From assembly GCA_965216875.1 (NCBI GenBank), contig OZ244207.1:2752001-2816000 (forward strand): DNA of 64,000 bases. The letters are read 5' to 3'. Source of the stretch: Rubripirellula sp. Lineage in GTDB: Bacteria; Planctomycetota; Planctomycetia; Pirellulales; Pirellulaceae. Both the position numbers and the translations under genes were made by a program. Under the pieces are notes generated by a model. The model was given only the letters and a program-made list of their open reading frames with translations. It searched no databases and was not told where the DNA came from. Shown here in pieces: positions 18,827-28,155 of this stretch (its first letter is position 1; each line of letters begins with the position of its first letter).

Positions 18827-20851
18827 ATGACTAGAATCAACACCAATGTCTCCTCGCTGGTTGCACAGAACCGACTGAAGACCAGCAACAACGACTTGCA
18901 ATCCGCTCTGACTCGACTGAGCACCGGTTTGAGAATCAATAGCGGTGCCGATGACCCCGCTGGTTTGATCGCCAGCGAGGCTCTTCGAAGTGAAATCACG
19001 GGTCTCAACAAAGCGATCTCGAACACGCAACGTGCCAGCCAGATCATCGCGACGGCCGACAGTGCCCTCGGGCAGGTCAGCACGCTGCTTAATGACGTCC
19101 GCGGCTTGGTTGTCGAAGCGGCCAACGGCGGTGCGTTGAGCGAAGAGGAAATTGCTGCGAACCAACTTCAAATTGACAGTTCGCTCGAAGCCATTAACCG
19201 AATCTCGCAGACCACGACCTTCCAAGGGCGTAAATTGCTTGACGGTTCACAAGACTTTGTCTCGACCGTCGGCAGCGTTTCGTCGGTCCGTGACGCAAGT
19301 ATCGAACAAGCCAAACTCGGCTCGGGCAACTTGAACGTCGAAGTCGTTGTCAGTGCAGCTGCTGAGCAAGCGACCGCAACGGCAAGTGCGTCGGCCTTTA
19401 CAACCGCCGCTCAAGCAAACGCAGCCACACCAGACGGCCGCGTTGGCACCGCCGCCATCGGTGGTGAAACGATCACAATCACCGGTGACGACGGATTCGC
19501 CAACGTGACTTTGGCTGACAATGCCGGCGATGGCACGGGTGTCGTCTCTTACAACTCGGGCACCGGCGAATTGACCATCTCGGCCGACTTCACCGGGACC
19601 TCAGCTGACGCTCAAGTCATTCAAGACGCAATCGACGACTTGGATGGTTTTGTTGCAACGGGTGCCTCCGGTGCTGGTACCGGTGGTGGTACTGCGGGTA
19701 CGACCGCAACCGCTGCAGCCGGCGCGGTTGTTGACATCACCGCCGTCAACAGCGGCTCGGATTACAACAATGTGACCGTTGAATTTGTCTCGGGTGCCTC
19801 CAACGCAGCCGACTACGACAGCGAACAAAAAGTCTTGACCGTTACGGTCAACTCCTCGGCACCTCAAACCGCGACGGCCATCGCAAGTGCGATTGGAAGC
19901 CACACCGTTGACGGAGCATCGGCCACAGCACTTTTCAGTGCCACTGGATTGGCCAACGCTTCGGTTGACATCGGCGATGGCGTCGACTCGATCACCACCG
20001 GCAGCACCGGCGGTGAAGTGTTGGCAGCCGACTTGGTCTTCCAACTCAACGGCTCGCAAGGTGCTGAAACATTCAACTTTGGTTCGGGAACGAGCAAAGA
20101 CCAGATCGCTGAAGCCATCAACTTGGTCTCCGACAGTACCGGTGTCGGTGCCGCTGTGGCATCGGGTGCCTTGACACTGACATCGACCGACTACGGTAGT
20201 GATGCTTTGGTCAATGTCGATGTGATCAATGAAGGCTCGGGCGGAACCTTCGCCTCCAACCTTGACACCACTCGCGACACAGGTACCGACATTCAAGCCA
20301 AGGTCAACGGTGTCGAAGCAACCGGAAACGCGAACACATTGTCGATCAACACCAGTTCGCTTGACTTGTCATTGACCGTTGATGACGGCAGCAGCACCAA
20401 CTTCTCGTTCTCGATCTCGGGCGGTGGAGCCACCTTCCAATTGGGACCTGAAGTCAGCAGCACTCAGCAAGCCGCACTCGGCATCGGCAGCGTCAGCACC
20501 GGTCAACTCGGTGGTGCCACTGGACGTTTGTACGAACTCGGCAGCGGTCAGGCTCGCAGCTTGAACAATGATGTGACCGGAGCCGCAAAGATCATTGACG
20601 AAGTGATCGGTAAAGTCACCGGCCTTCGCGGTCGATTGGGTGCGTTCCAGTCCACGACGCTGGAAAGCAACTTGGTCTCGCTCAATGACACCAAAGCCAA
20701 CCTGCAAGAAGCAGAAAGCTCGATCCGCGACGCTGACTTTGCTCAAGAGTCGGCGAAGTTGACCCGAGCTCAGATCCTGGTTCAGTCGGGCACCAACGTG
20801 TTGTCGCTGGCCAACCAGAATCCACAAAACGTTTTGGCTCTGCTGCGATAA
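18827..20851 (+). CDS. fliC: Flagellin (674 aa, large Gly/Ser/Thr/Ala-rich variable region)
   Basis: 'TRINTNVSSL.AQ', 'RLSTGLRINSGADDPAGL', 'AESSIRDADFAQE', 'ANQNPQNVLALLR'. Confidence 0.97.
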   Translation: MTRINTNVSSLVAQNRLKTSNNDLQSALTRLSTGLRINSGADDPAGLIASEALRSEITGLNKAISNTQRASQIIATADSALGQVSTLLNDVRGLVVEAANGGALSEEEIAANQLQIDSSLEAINRISQTTTFQGRKLLDGSQDFVSTVGSVSSVRDASIEQAKLGSGNLNVEVVVSAAAEQATATASASAFTTAAQANAATPDGRVGTAAIGGETITITGDDGFANVTLADNAGDGTGVVSYNSGTGELTISADFTGTSADAQVIQDAIDDLDGFVATGASGAGTGGGTAGTTATAAAGAVVDITAVNSGSDYNNVTVEFVSGASNAADYDSEQKVLTVTVNSSAPQTATAIASAIGSHTVDGASATALFSATGLANASVDIGDGVDSITTGSTGGEVLAADLVFQLNGSQGAETFNFGSGTSKDQIAEAINLVSDSTGVGAAVASGALTLTSTDYGSDALVNVDVINEGSGGTFASNLDTTRDTGTDIQAKVNGVEATGNANTLSINTSSLDLSLTVDDGSSTNFSFSISGGGATFQLGPEVSSTQQAALGIGSVSTGQLGGATGRLYELGSGQARSLNNDVTGAAKIIDEVIGKVTGLRGRLGAFQSTTLESNLVSLNDTKANLQEAESSIRDADFAQESAKLTRAQILVQSGTNVLSLANQNPQNVLALLR

Positions 20852-20883
20852 CTTCGCCGAGTCACGACGAGCAATCCATCGAC

Positions 20884-20918
20884 AAACGGTCGCCGAATTC
20901 CATCGGCGACCGTTTTTT
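20884..20918 (+). terminator. Intrinsic terminator after fliC
   Basis: AAACGGTCGCCGA/TCGGCGACCGTTT stem plus T-run. Confidence 0.85.
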
Positions 20919-20947
20919 CGTTTCCACGCGGAGCGGGTAACGAGGAT

Positions 20948-21005
20948 GGGAGCGTGAGGCTCCTGCCGAACCTCGAGCGCAGCTCCGCAGGAGCGTCGCC
21001 CTCCC
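20948..21005. repeat. Imperfect inverted repeat GGGAGCGTGAGGCTCCTGCCGAAC / GCTCCGCAGGAGCGTCGCCCTCCC (REP-like)
   Basis: 24-nt arms are imperfect reverse complements; single copy in the window. Confidence 0.55.
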
Positions 21006-21384
21006 GTTGTTCGTTCGGCTCACGGGCCGTCGCTAGGGATTCCATCACCGGTATCGCTGAGAGCACTGACAGCGGTGATGACGGCTGGTCCACTTATGCG
21101 ATCGTTGGACGGACTTCTTGATCGTCTTCTTGGCAATGCGTGCCCGAGCGGGGGGTGGTTCAGCCGATCCAACTCCACATGGGCCAGCGCTGAGACTCCA
21201 GACCTGGCCCGGAACGGAATCGCATTTTGGGTACGGATCACCCAACGCAACCGGTTCGCTCGTCGAATCCGTCGCACACGCGAGAGCTCTCACGTGACTG
21301 CATTGGAAGTGCAGCATCTCGGATCGCGCGTATCGTGTGGCGGCTAATGGATCGCGACGAGTAAGCATGTAAAGGATTCGTACA

Positions 21385-22854
21385 ATGAGAACCAACATTC
21401 TGCGCAGCTTCGCTGTCGCCATCGGTTTGAGCACCTGCTCAATCGGACAAGCACAATACACATCGCCGGCCTCTGCCTACACGTCACCGGCCCCCTACTC
21501 ATCGCCAGCCAAGTGGAACAACTTCAACGTTCCCAAGAACGTCTTCCTGACCGCTGCGGACAATCATGCCGCACAGCAGGCCGATGACGTTGCTGCCGAG
21601 CTTCCGGCTCCCAAACCACAAGTTGACGCCACCGCAGACGCGCCGGCTAAAATGGTGGGAAGCGCGATCGGTAGTGCTGAGGTTGCCGCCGACGACGGAA
21701 GCTGCAACAGCTGCTACTCCACGGCTGCCGCCGCGCCATGGAGTGGACGCCCTCAGCTTGCACGCTACTTTGGCGGTGCCAGCCTGCTGTTCCTGACGAT
21801 GGAAAACAAAGGCTATCGCAACCTGATCAACAATGATGCAACGGGAGCCGTTCTTTTCACCACAGCCGATGTTGATCCAAGTGGCAGCACCGGGTTTGAA
21901 GTCTTTGGCGGACGCTACATCAACTGCAACCGCCACGCCTTGAGCTTCGGGTACATGCTTTGGAATCCCGGCGAGCAAGAAATCTTGTCGATTCCAGGCG
22001 TTGCCGGGGCCTACCGTGCTCCCTTCCCTGCATTCAATGACATCAGCGTCGACCCAGGTACCGGTGTCGACACGATCTACAACCACTTTGATGGTGCAGC
22101 CGGCTATCGCGTCCGGCGCGACCTCCGCTTCCAAGGCATCGAAGCGAACCTTTCGAGCTTCGGTATTGGCGGCGCCGGTCGAGTCGCTTCGTGCAACCCT
22201 CGATCGATTCTTGGCAGCCGCTTTGGCGCCGGTATCGGTCTCGGTAAACACAGCTGCCGCGGCTACGGTGGAATGGGTGGACCACTCACACGCGGCGCCT
22301 GCGGTCGCTTGCAACTGGTGACAAGCCACGGGTTCCGTTGGTTCCAAGTCCGCGACGCCTTCGAGCTTGCAGGCAACATCGACGGCACAGTCGGGTATCA
22401 AGCCAACGATATCTATTACAACGTCGATACCCGAAACAACCTGTTTGGTTACCAATTCGGTGGTCGGCTGATCTACGTTCTCGGCTGCCGCTGGAACCTC
22501 TCGGTTGGTGGTAAGTTTGGCCTCTATGGCAACCGCGCCGAGTACCGTCAACGAATCGGAACCTTGGGCACCTTGGCCTATCGCAATGCGACGCCAACCG
22601 ATTTCATCCTAACCGAAGACAAAGACACCGTCTTGTCGACTTTGGGCGAACTGGACCTGGGCGTCGGCTTCCGACTCAGTGCCGCTTGGACCATTCGAGG
22701 CGGATACCGTTTGATGGGTGTCACCGGATTGGCAACGGCAACCGATCAATTCGCTCCCGAATATGGGTCGTCATTGCTGCCAAGCACCTACCTCAGTGCA
22801 AACGACTCGATCGTTTTGCACGGTGGATACCTCGGTGCCGAATACAACTGGTAA
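21385..22854 (+). CDS. Planctomycete outer-membrane beta-barrel protein (BBP7/DUF1551-like)
   Basis: Signal peptide, low-complexity N-terminus, 'GFRWFQ', 'N.LFGYQFGG', 'IRGGYR.MG.TG.A.A.DQ', C-terminal 'HGGYLGAEYNW'. Confidence 0.75.
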   Translation: MRTNILRSFAVAIGLSTCSIGQAQYTSPASAYTSPAPYSSPAKWNNFNVPKNVFLTAADNHAAQQADDVAAELPAPKPQVDATADAPAKMVGSAIGSAEVAADDGSCNSCYSTAAAAPWSGRPQLARYFGGASLLFLTMENKGYRNLINNDATGAVLFTTADVDPSGSTGFEVFGGRYINCNRHALSFGYMLWNPGEQEILSIPGVAGAYRAPFPAFNDISVDPGTGVDTIYNHFDGAAGYRVRRDLRFQGIEANLSSFGIGGAGRVASCNPRSILGSRFGAGIGLGKHSCRGYGGMGGPLTRGACGRLQLVTSHGFRWFQVRDAFELAGNIDGTVGYQANDIYYNVDTRNNLFGYQFGGRLIYVLGCRWNLSVGGKFGLYGNRAEYRQRIGTLGTLAYRNATPTDFILTEDKDTVLSTLGELDLGVGFRLSAAWTIRGGYRLMGVTGLATATDQFAPEYGSSLLPSTYLSANDSIVLHGGYLGAEYNW

Positions 22855-22879
22855 GCCCAACCGACTGAATCGACAAAAG

Positions 22880-22918
22880 AAAAGAGCCCCGTCCAACGTT
22901 TGGCCGGGGCTCTTTTTT
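22880..22918. terminator. Bidirectional intrinsic terminator between convergent genes
   Basis: AAAAGAGCCCCG...CGGGGCTCTTTTTT. Confidence 0.85.
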
Positions 22919-22944
22919 CGTATGAATCGAAATGCGCTACGGAC

Positions 22945-23442
22945 CTACATCATCAACGGATCGCGTCCCGCGGCGCGCCGGCAATCGGCAACCTGACCGG
23001 CATGGAAAGCAATGTGCGTGCTCATCGCCGCAAAACAGGCACCGACCGTCCCGAAAAACGCTCCGTATTCTTCGGGCGCGCCGGTCTTGGCGTCCAAGTC
23101 GCTCTCGCTGATCGAGTCGAGCTTTTCAAGTGTTGCCGCTCGCACTCCCTGGAACTTACCCATCAACTCTTCGAAACTCGGGTAGTCATCCAAGTTACTC
23201 GAAGGCGTGCTCTTGGGAGCGAACAGACTTTCCCAGTCCGCGAATCGATTCTCTTGGCCAATGATGAAGCCATCCAACAGAAAACTCTCGCCATAGGCGA
23301 GGTGGCCAAGGATCCAAAGTGGGTGATTGCCACCGTTGGCCGTTGGTTGTTGTAAGGGTGCGTTTTGCATGTCTTGAATCAGCCCCATGCACCAACCCGT
23401 ACTGTTTTCGAGCGACAGTCGAATCAGATCATTAGCCTTCAT
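22945..23442 (-). CDS. DinB/YfiT-family protein
   Basis: 'NHPLWILGHLAYGE' and 'HIAFHAGQV' His triad; real start MKANDL at 23442 (the longer ORF overlaps the MMPL gene). Confidence 0.82.
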   Translation of the reverse strand: MKANDLIRLSLENSTGWCMGLIQDMQNAPLQQPTANGGNHPLWILGHLAYGESFLLDGFIIGQENRFADWESLFAPKSTPSSNLDDYPSFEELMGKFQGVRAATLEKLDSISESDLDAKTGAPEEYGAFFGTVGACFAAMSTHIAFHAGQVADCRRAAGRDPLMM

Positions 23443-23489
23443 TGGAATCCCCGCTTTGGATGAGTGGTCGAACTTGCCAGAGCGGCGGA

Positions 23490-25955
23490 TTATATCCGCG
23501 CAACCGACTCTGCGGATGCATGTTTGGGACGCAACGAAGAATCTTCTTCGACGACTGGAAGCTGCCGAACGTCGTTGGGTTCGGACGAGTCTTCTTGGTC
23601 CGCATACAAAGCGCCACCATGACTTGAGCCCACCGTGTGAGATAGCCAACGCCCGAGCGGTGTCGACATCAGAGTGGGCAACAAGAACACAACGCCAAGT
23701 AGTGCGGCGGTGAGCAACCCAAACATGAACAACGAGAACTGACTGGTGGGAACAAAATCGCTGAACCAATACACCATCAGTGAAAGGCCGCACACAAACG
23801 TCGTTTGCAACATCGCCCAAAAGCACTGCGAAAGCGCCCCGTAGGCGGCTCGAATCTGGCCGAGCCCGCGGGATCGCCGCGCACCATATCGGCTCAAAAG
23901 ATGAACGGTGTCGTCGACCGCGATCCCAAGGGCAACGCTCGCGGACATGACCGATCCGATATCAAGCGGCAATCGAATCAACCCCATCAAGCCGAACAAA
24001 GCAATCGTCGGAAAGAGGTTCGGCGCCATCGCGATCAGTCCGCCGATCACACTCCGCAGCATCAGTGTCATCACAATCGCGATGATGCCGAACGCAGTCA
24101 TAAAGCTACGAAAGAGGTCACTCAGGAGAATCTCTTGCGACTTTTGGACGATCGTCACATGTCCGGTCAGGGTCACCGTGGTGGGGACCGCCGCATCTGC
24201 CAATTCATCTCGAATCGCCCTTTCGATCGCAACGATTTCGGCCCCATAGTCCTCTTGGTCTCGCTGGGGCATCCGCAAGCTGATCCGCCAAATCTCTTCT
24301 TGATCGCTACGCGCGATGAACCCAAGTTTTCCGAGCGATGATTCGGGATCTCGAATCAGCTGCTTGATCACACTGCGTTTGGCGGCCGCGCTGAGACTTC
24401 GTTTTCGAGGAATGGACGGCACAAACGACATCGCCGACAGCACGCCTTCGACACAAGGTTCGTTCAGTGCACTGATGTGAGCGCGACGAATCAGATCGAG
24501 ACGCTCGAGCGGATCGTCTTCCTCGGTGGCAAGCGGAAAGCTAACCAACAAATCGCCAGTCACCGTTGGGCCAACATGGTTTTCGAACCACGTGTACTGC
24601 TGGCGAATATCGCTATCGGGCAAGAACATTCGTGGAATGTTGACCGAGCTATGCAGCTTTGTCAGGCCTGTCGACAACACGACGGCGACCAGCAGGAATG
24701 CGGTGATCAAAGGCCAAGGCTTCGCCAATCGGCGACGCATCCAAACGCTCCATCCTCGCCGGCTATCATTCGCGGCACCCTCGACCGGTTGCTTTCGCTT
24801 GACGGGTGTCAGCAACATGGCCCCTGGCAACACCAAAAACAACAACACCAGCGTTGTGATCACGCCGATGGATGCGATCGCACCGAACAATCGCACAGGC
24901 TCAAGTCGAACAAGCATCAACGAGCCAAGTCCGATCACGGTCGTTCCGGTTGCCAAACAGCACGGGGCGACTCCCGCCTGCATCGCACGGCGAGCCGCTT
25001 GCGCGCGAGACATGTCGGGGAACTCACGTGCGGCATCAAGGTAATAGTTACTCAGGTGAATGCCGGCAGAAACCGTTAACACAAAAACGAGCGGTGGCAA
25101 CACGATCAGAACGGCGTTCATCGGTACGCCAGCGTAGTAGACCGAAGCCAGCACCAGACCTTCGCCGATCACTGCGGTTGCGACAATCGCCGCCGTCATC
25201 GGCAAGCTCCGAAGACAAAGCAAGCAGAGGATCGCGGCCACGATCGCCGATGGCGGTGAAAAGAATCGAATGGACTCGATGCTCGCTGTATCGACGGTCG
25301 CACCATCGAGCGGTCCGCCCACCAGCGCAACCTCTTTAACGTTCATGTCGTTAAGCCGCGCGACCATCTCACGAAGCTTTGGAACGAGGTACCTTCGGTT
25401 CTGAATCCCAGACTCAGCGAACGAAACGACCAAACAACTCTGCTTGCCGTCACGCCCGACCAACGATCCTTGCAAGCGACGAATCGCCGAGGCCTCGGAG
25501 ATGTTGGCGGGTGCAGACGTTAGCCGATTGAGCGTGTCGTTGCCGCTCCGCACCCATTCCAAGGGTGTGTCGGTGCCACATTCATCGCGAACATCAAGGA
25601 TGGCGTCTTGAGCCCACGTCGGGTGTTCACTCAGCGCGATCAGGTCGTTGTCTGGTTCGAAGTCCGCACTGCTCAAGTTGCGAAGCAGACTCGCCGACCG
25701 ATCAAGCGAATCCGAACCGAGCACAGCGCCGTCCCATGAGACCATCACGATGTCGGCACCCGAAAAGTTCTCGACGAACTTGTTGAAATCTTGCTTCACC
25801 TCGAGATCATCAGGCAGCCAATCCGAGGGGCGATTGAAGAGTGAACCAATCGCTGCGTGCGAATGAATCGCAGCGGGGAGGGCGAGGAGAATGAGCAAGA
25901 GCGCGCCTACCTTCAGCCGGCGATAATATCGCTGCTGGAGGTCATCGTCACTCAT
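23490..25955 (-). CDS. MMPL-family RND transporter
   Basis: Two TM repeats, 'TTVIGLGSL', 'SVALGIAVDDTVHLL', 'PNLFP'. Confidence 0.9.
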   Translation of the reverse strand: MSDDDLQQRYYRRLKVGALLLILLALPAAIHSHAAIGSLFNRPSDWLPDDLEVKQDFNKFVENFSGADIVMVSWDGAVLGSDSLDRSASLLRNLSSADFEPDNDLIALSEHPTWAQDAILDVRDECGTDTPLEWVRSGNDTLNRLTSAPANISEASAIRRLQGSLVGRDGKQSCLVVSFAESGIQNRRYLVPKLREMVARLNDMNVKEVALVGGPLDGATVDTASIESIRFFSPPSAIVAAILCLLCLRSLPMTAAIVATAVIGEGLVLASVYYAGVPMNAVLIVLPPLVFVLTVSAGIHLSNYYLDAAREFPDMSRAQAARRAMQAGVAPCCLATGTTVIGLGSLMLVRLEPVRLFGAIASIGVITTLVLLFLVLPGAMLLTPVKRKQPVEGAANDSRRGWSVWMRRRLAKPWPLITAFLLVAVVLSTGLTKLHSSVNIPRMFLPDSDIRQQYTWFENHVGPTVTGDLLVSFPLATEEDDPLERLDLIRRAHISALNEPCVEGVLSAMSFVPSIPRKRSLSAAAKRSVIKQLIRDPESSLGKLGFIARSDQEEIWRISLRMPQRDQEDYGAEIVAIERAIRDELADAAVPTTVTLTGHVTIVQKSQEILLSDLFRSFMTAFGIIAIVMTLMLRSVIGGLIAMAPNLFPTIALFGLMGLIRLPLDIGSVMSASVALGIAVDDTVHLLSRYGARRSRGLGQIRAAYGALSQCFWAMLQTTFVCGLSLMVYWFSDFVPTSQFSLFMFGLLTAALLGVVFLLPTLMSTPLGRWLSHTVGSSHGGALYADQEDSSEPNDVRQLPVVEEDSSLRPKHASAESVARI

Positions 25956-26224
25956 ACGCATCCTTTCCGCGTGCAGGCACATTCGGTCTCCCCATTCCGC
26001 GGAACCTCGAAAAAGATCCTCATTGGGGAGGCCAAACGGCTAATGGCCAACCTTGGTTATAGACCACCTATGCCCCTGCTGGCAGGGTACGACGGGGAGT
26101 GACAGATCGTATCGGCGGTCCAAAATGCCCTCCCACAGGGTTAACAACCCTGTATCGTGTCGGTAAGGAGTGCATTGGGTGAGTTTCCCCGCCTCTGAAT
26201 CCCTTCGAATTTGGTGGATTTGCA

Positions 26225-27463
26225 TTGTTGAAATCGAGTTACGACTGTGTGGTGATCGGTGCTGGCCCTGGTGGGGGTGCCGCGGCGGCGGTCACGGCCG
26301 CCGGTGGCGTGGACACGCTGTTGATTGAACGGGATGCCATTCCGCGGTTTCACGTCGGCGAATCGCTCATGCCCGAGACGTATTGGCCGCTCGAGCGTTT
26401 GGGCCTGTTGGATCGTGTGCGAACCAGCGGCTGGCAGACCAAAAAGAGTGTTCAGTTCGTGACACACCGGGGGACCGAGTCCGAGCCATTCTTCTTTCGC
26501 CAACACGACGACCGTGAGTGCAGCACCACTTGGCAGGTCGAACGCAGCGAATTCGACAAGATGTTGTTTGATCGCGCCGCCGAACTTGGTGCCGACTGCC
26601 AAGACCAGACCCGCCTACTTGACGTCTGTTTTGACGAAACGGGAAAAGCGACGGGAGTGCGTGTTCGTGATCGCGACGGCAACGAACACGACATCAGCTC
26701 CAAAGTGGTTGTCGACGCCTCGGGCCAATCCGCAATCATCGCGAGCCGCCTTGGGTTAAAGGAGATCAACCCGGATCTTAAGAAGGCAGCGATCTGGGGC
26801 TACTACAAAGGTGCCGTACGAGGCGAAGGAGACAATGAGGGCGCCACGATCATCTTGAATACCGAAATGAAGGAGTCGTGGTTCTGGTTCATCCCCCTGT
26901 CTCGCGGAATCACAAGCATCGGCTGTGTCGGCGACAACGACTACATGCTCAAGGGACGCGGCAAACCCGAACAAGTCTTTGAAGAAGAACTGGCAAAGTG
27001 CCCCGGCCTGACACCACGTTTGATGTCGGCTCAACGCCTCGGCGATTTGAAGGTTGCGAAAGAGTTTTCGTACATGACGTCGACCAGCAGCGGTGATGGC
27101 TGGGTCCTCGTCGGTGACGCACTTGGCTTCATCGACCCCGTGTATTCTTCCGGGGTCTACTTTGCACTCGAGATGGGAATCCGAGCCGGCGACGCGATCG
27201 TCCAAGGCGTCGACAAAGACGACCTCAGCGGACAGCAACTCGGATGCTGGATCGACGAATTCAAAGAAGGGGTCCACTGGATTCGCAAGCTCGTCCACGC
27301 GTTCTATTCGAAAGAATTCAGCATCGGACGGTTCATGAAAGAGCACCCAGAGCATCGCGGCAGTGTGACCGACCTGTTGATCGGACGGATCTTCAACGAA
27401 GGCGCCGCCAAAATGTTCGAAGATATGGATGCGTCGATCGCCCGCGCAAAGATGCACGCGTAG
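26225..27463 (+). CDS. FAD-dependent oxidoreductase, flavin-dependent halogenase-like
   Basis: GAGPGG FAD motif, 'PRFHVGESL', 'K.SVQF', 'QVERSEFD', WFWFIP (WxWxIP), 'GDA.GFIDPVYSSGV'. Confidence 0.85.
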   Translation: MLKSSYDCVVIGAGPGGGAAAAVTAAGGVDTLLIERDAIPRFHVGESLMPETYWPLERLGLLDRVRTSGWQTKKSVQFVTHRGTESEPFFFRQHDDRECSTTWQVERSEFDKMLFDRAAELGADCQDQTRLLDVCFDETGKATGVRVRDRDGNEHDISSKVVVDASGQSAIIASRLGLKEINPDLKKAAIWGYYKGAVRGEGDNEGATIILNTEMKESWFWFIPLSRGITSIGCVGDNDYMLKGRGKPEQVFEEELAKCPGLTPRLMSAQRLGDLKVAKEFSYMTSTSSGDGWVLVGDALGFIDPVYSSGVYFALEMGIRAGDAIVQGVDKDDLSGQQLGCWIDEFKEGVHWIRKLVHAFYSKEFSIGRFMKEHPEHRGSVTDLLIGRIFNEGAAKMFEDMDASIARAKMHA

Positions 27464-27530
27464 CGGCGGTGTATTGATTCAATCGAGTTCGAGCGTCGTT
27501 TTTGCTTCGCAAAAGTTGCGTTTGTGAACG

Positions 27531-27618
27531 CGCTACTTTCGCGGAGCGAAAGGCGACTATAAAGAGCCTCTCAGCCTTGAGGCGAAAGGCGACGATCTCC
27601 ACGCTCTGGCAAACGTAG
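27531..27618. repeat. REP cluster: CGCTACTTTCGCGGAGCGAAAGGCGACTAT (27531-27560), a partial second copy, and a degenerate CCACGCTCTGGC..CGTAG arm
   Basis: The 30-mer is identical to 36388-36417; the last arm matches the GTAGCTAC family. Confidence 0.8.
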
Positions 27619-27911
27619 TGATCGATGTCTTCTTTGAAGTTGGTGTTTGCGATTAGAGGCTAATCACAACCATCAACACGATGAGGATAAAGACCAATGA
27701 CACAACGACTTCCCTTGTTGTGAATCTGCAATGTCGACGCCGGAAAAGTCACCATTTGGTAAACAAGCGGTGAAGCGTTGACTAAGTTTTAGCGTCGATC
27801 GCAAATTGCCAGCAAGATGAATTTGCAATCAACGTCCGAGACGGCATCCAGCATCCTGCGCCGTCTACCTAAGCCACCCTGACTAACGCAGATCGTCCTC
27901 TTGGTAGCTTC

Positions 27912-28090
27912 GTAGGTCATGCTCCGCATGACAACCATCCACAAACCCTTGAATGCCCGGCCGCTTACGCGATCGCGGCTCACAATCGATTCACTGGCTG
28001 ATCGAGTCCTCAACACCCGTGAGCCGCCGGCCGTCAGGCCTAGGGCCTTTGCAATCCCTACCCACGTGTAAGGCCCGGCGATCGCGGTAC
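27912..28090. repeat. REP cluster: GTAGGTCATGCTCCGCATGACAA (27912-27934) plus GTGAGCCG-family arms
   Basis: First unit matches the reverse complement of 59608-59630 with one mismatch; others match 18378-18496. Confidence 0.78.
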
Positions 28091-28091
28091 A

Positions 28092-28127
28092 CAAAAAAAC
28101 GCACCACACTCCGATGAGCGTGGTGCG
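28092..28127 (-). terminator. Intrinsic terminator after cysK
   Basis: CGCACCAC/GTGGTGCG stem with A8 on the + strand. Confidence 0.8.
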
Positions 28128-28155
28128 CACGAATTAGGTCAAAGCAACGAACCGC

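Noticed and set aside
21499..22551. Long antisense ORFs (also 30231-31643, 37016-38071, 61977-62948, 76-744 and others)
   Set aside because: Shadow frames opposite well-supported genes in GC-rich DNA, with no recognisable motifs
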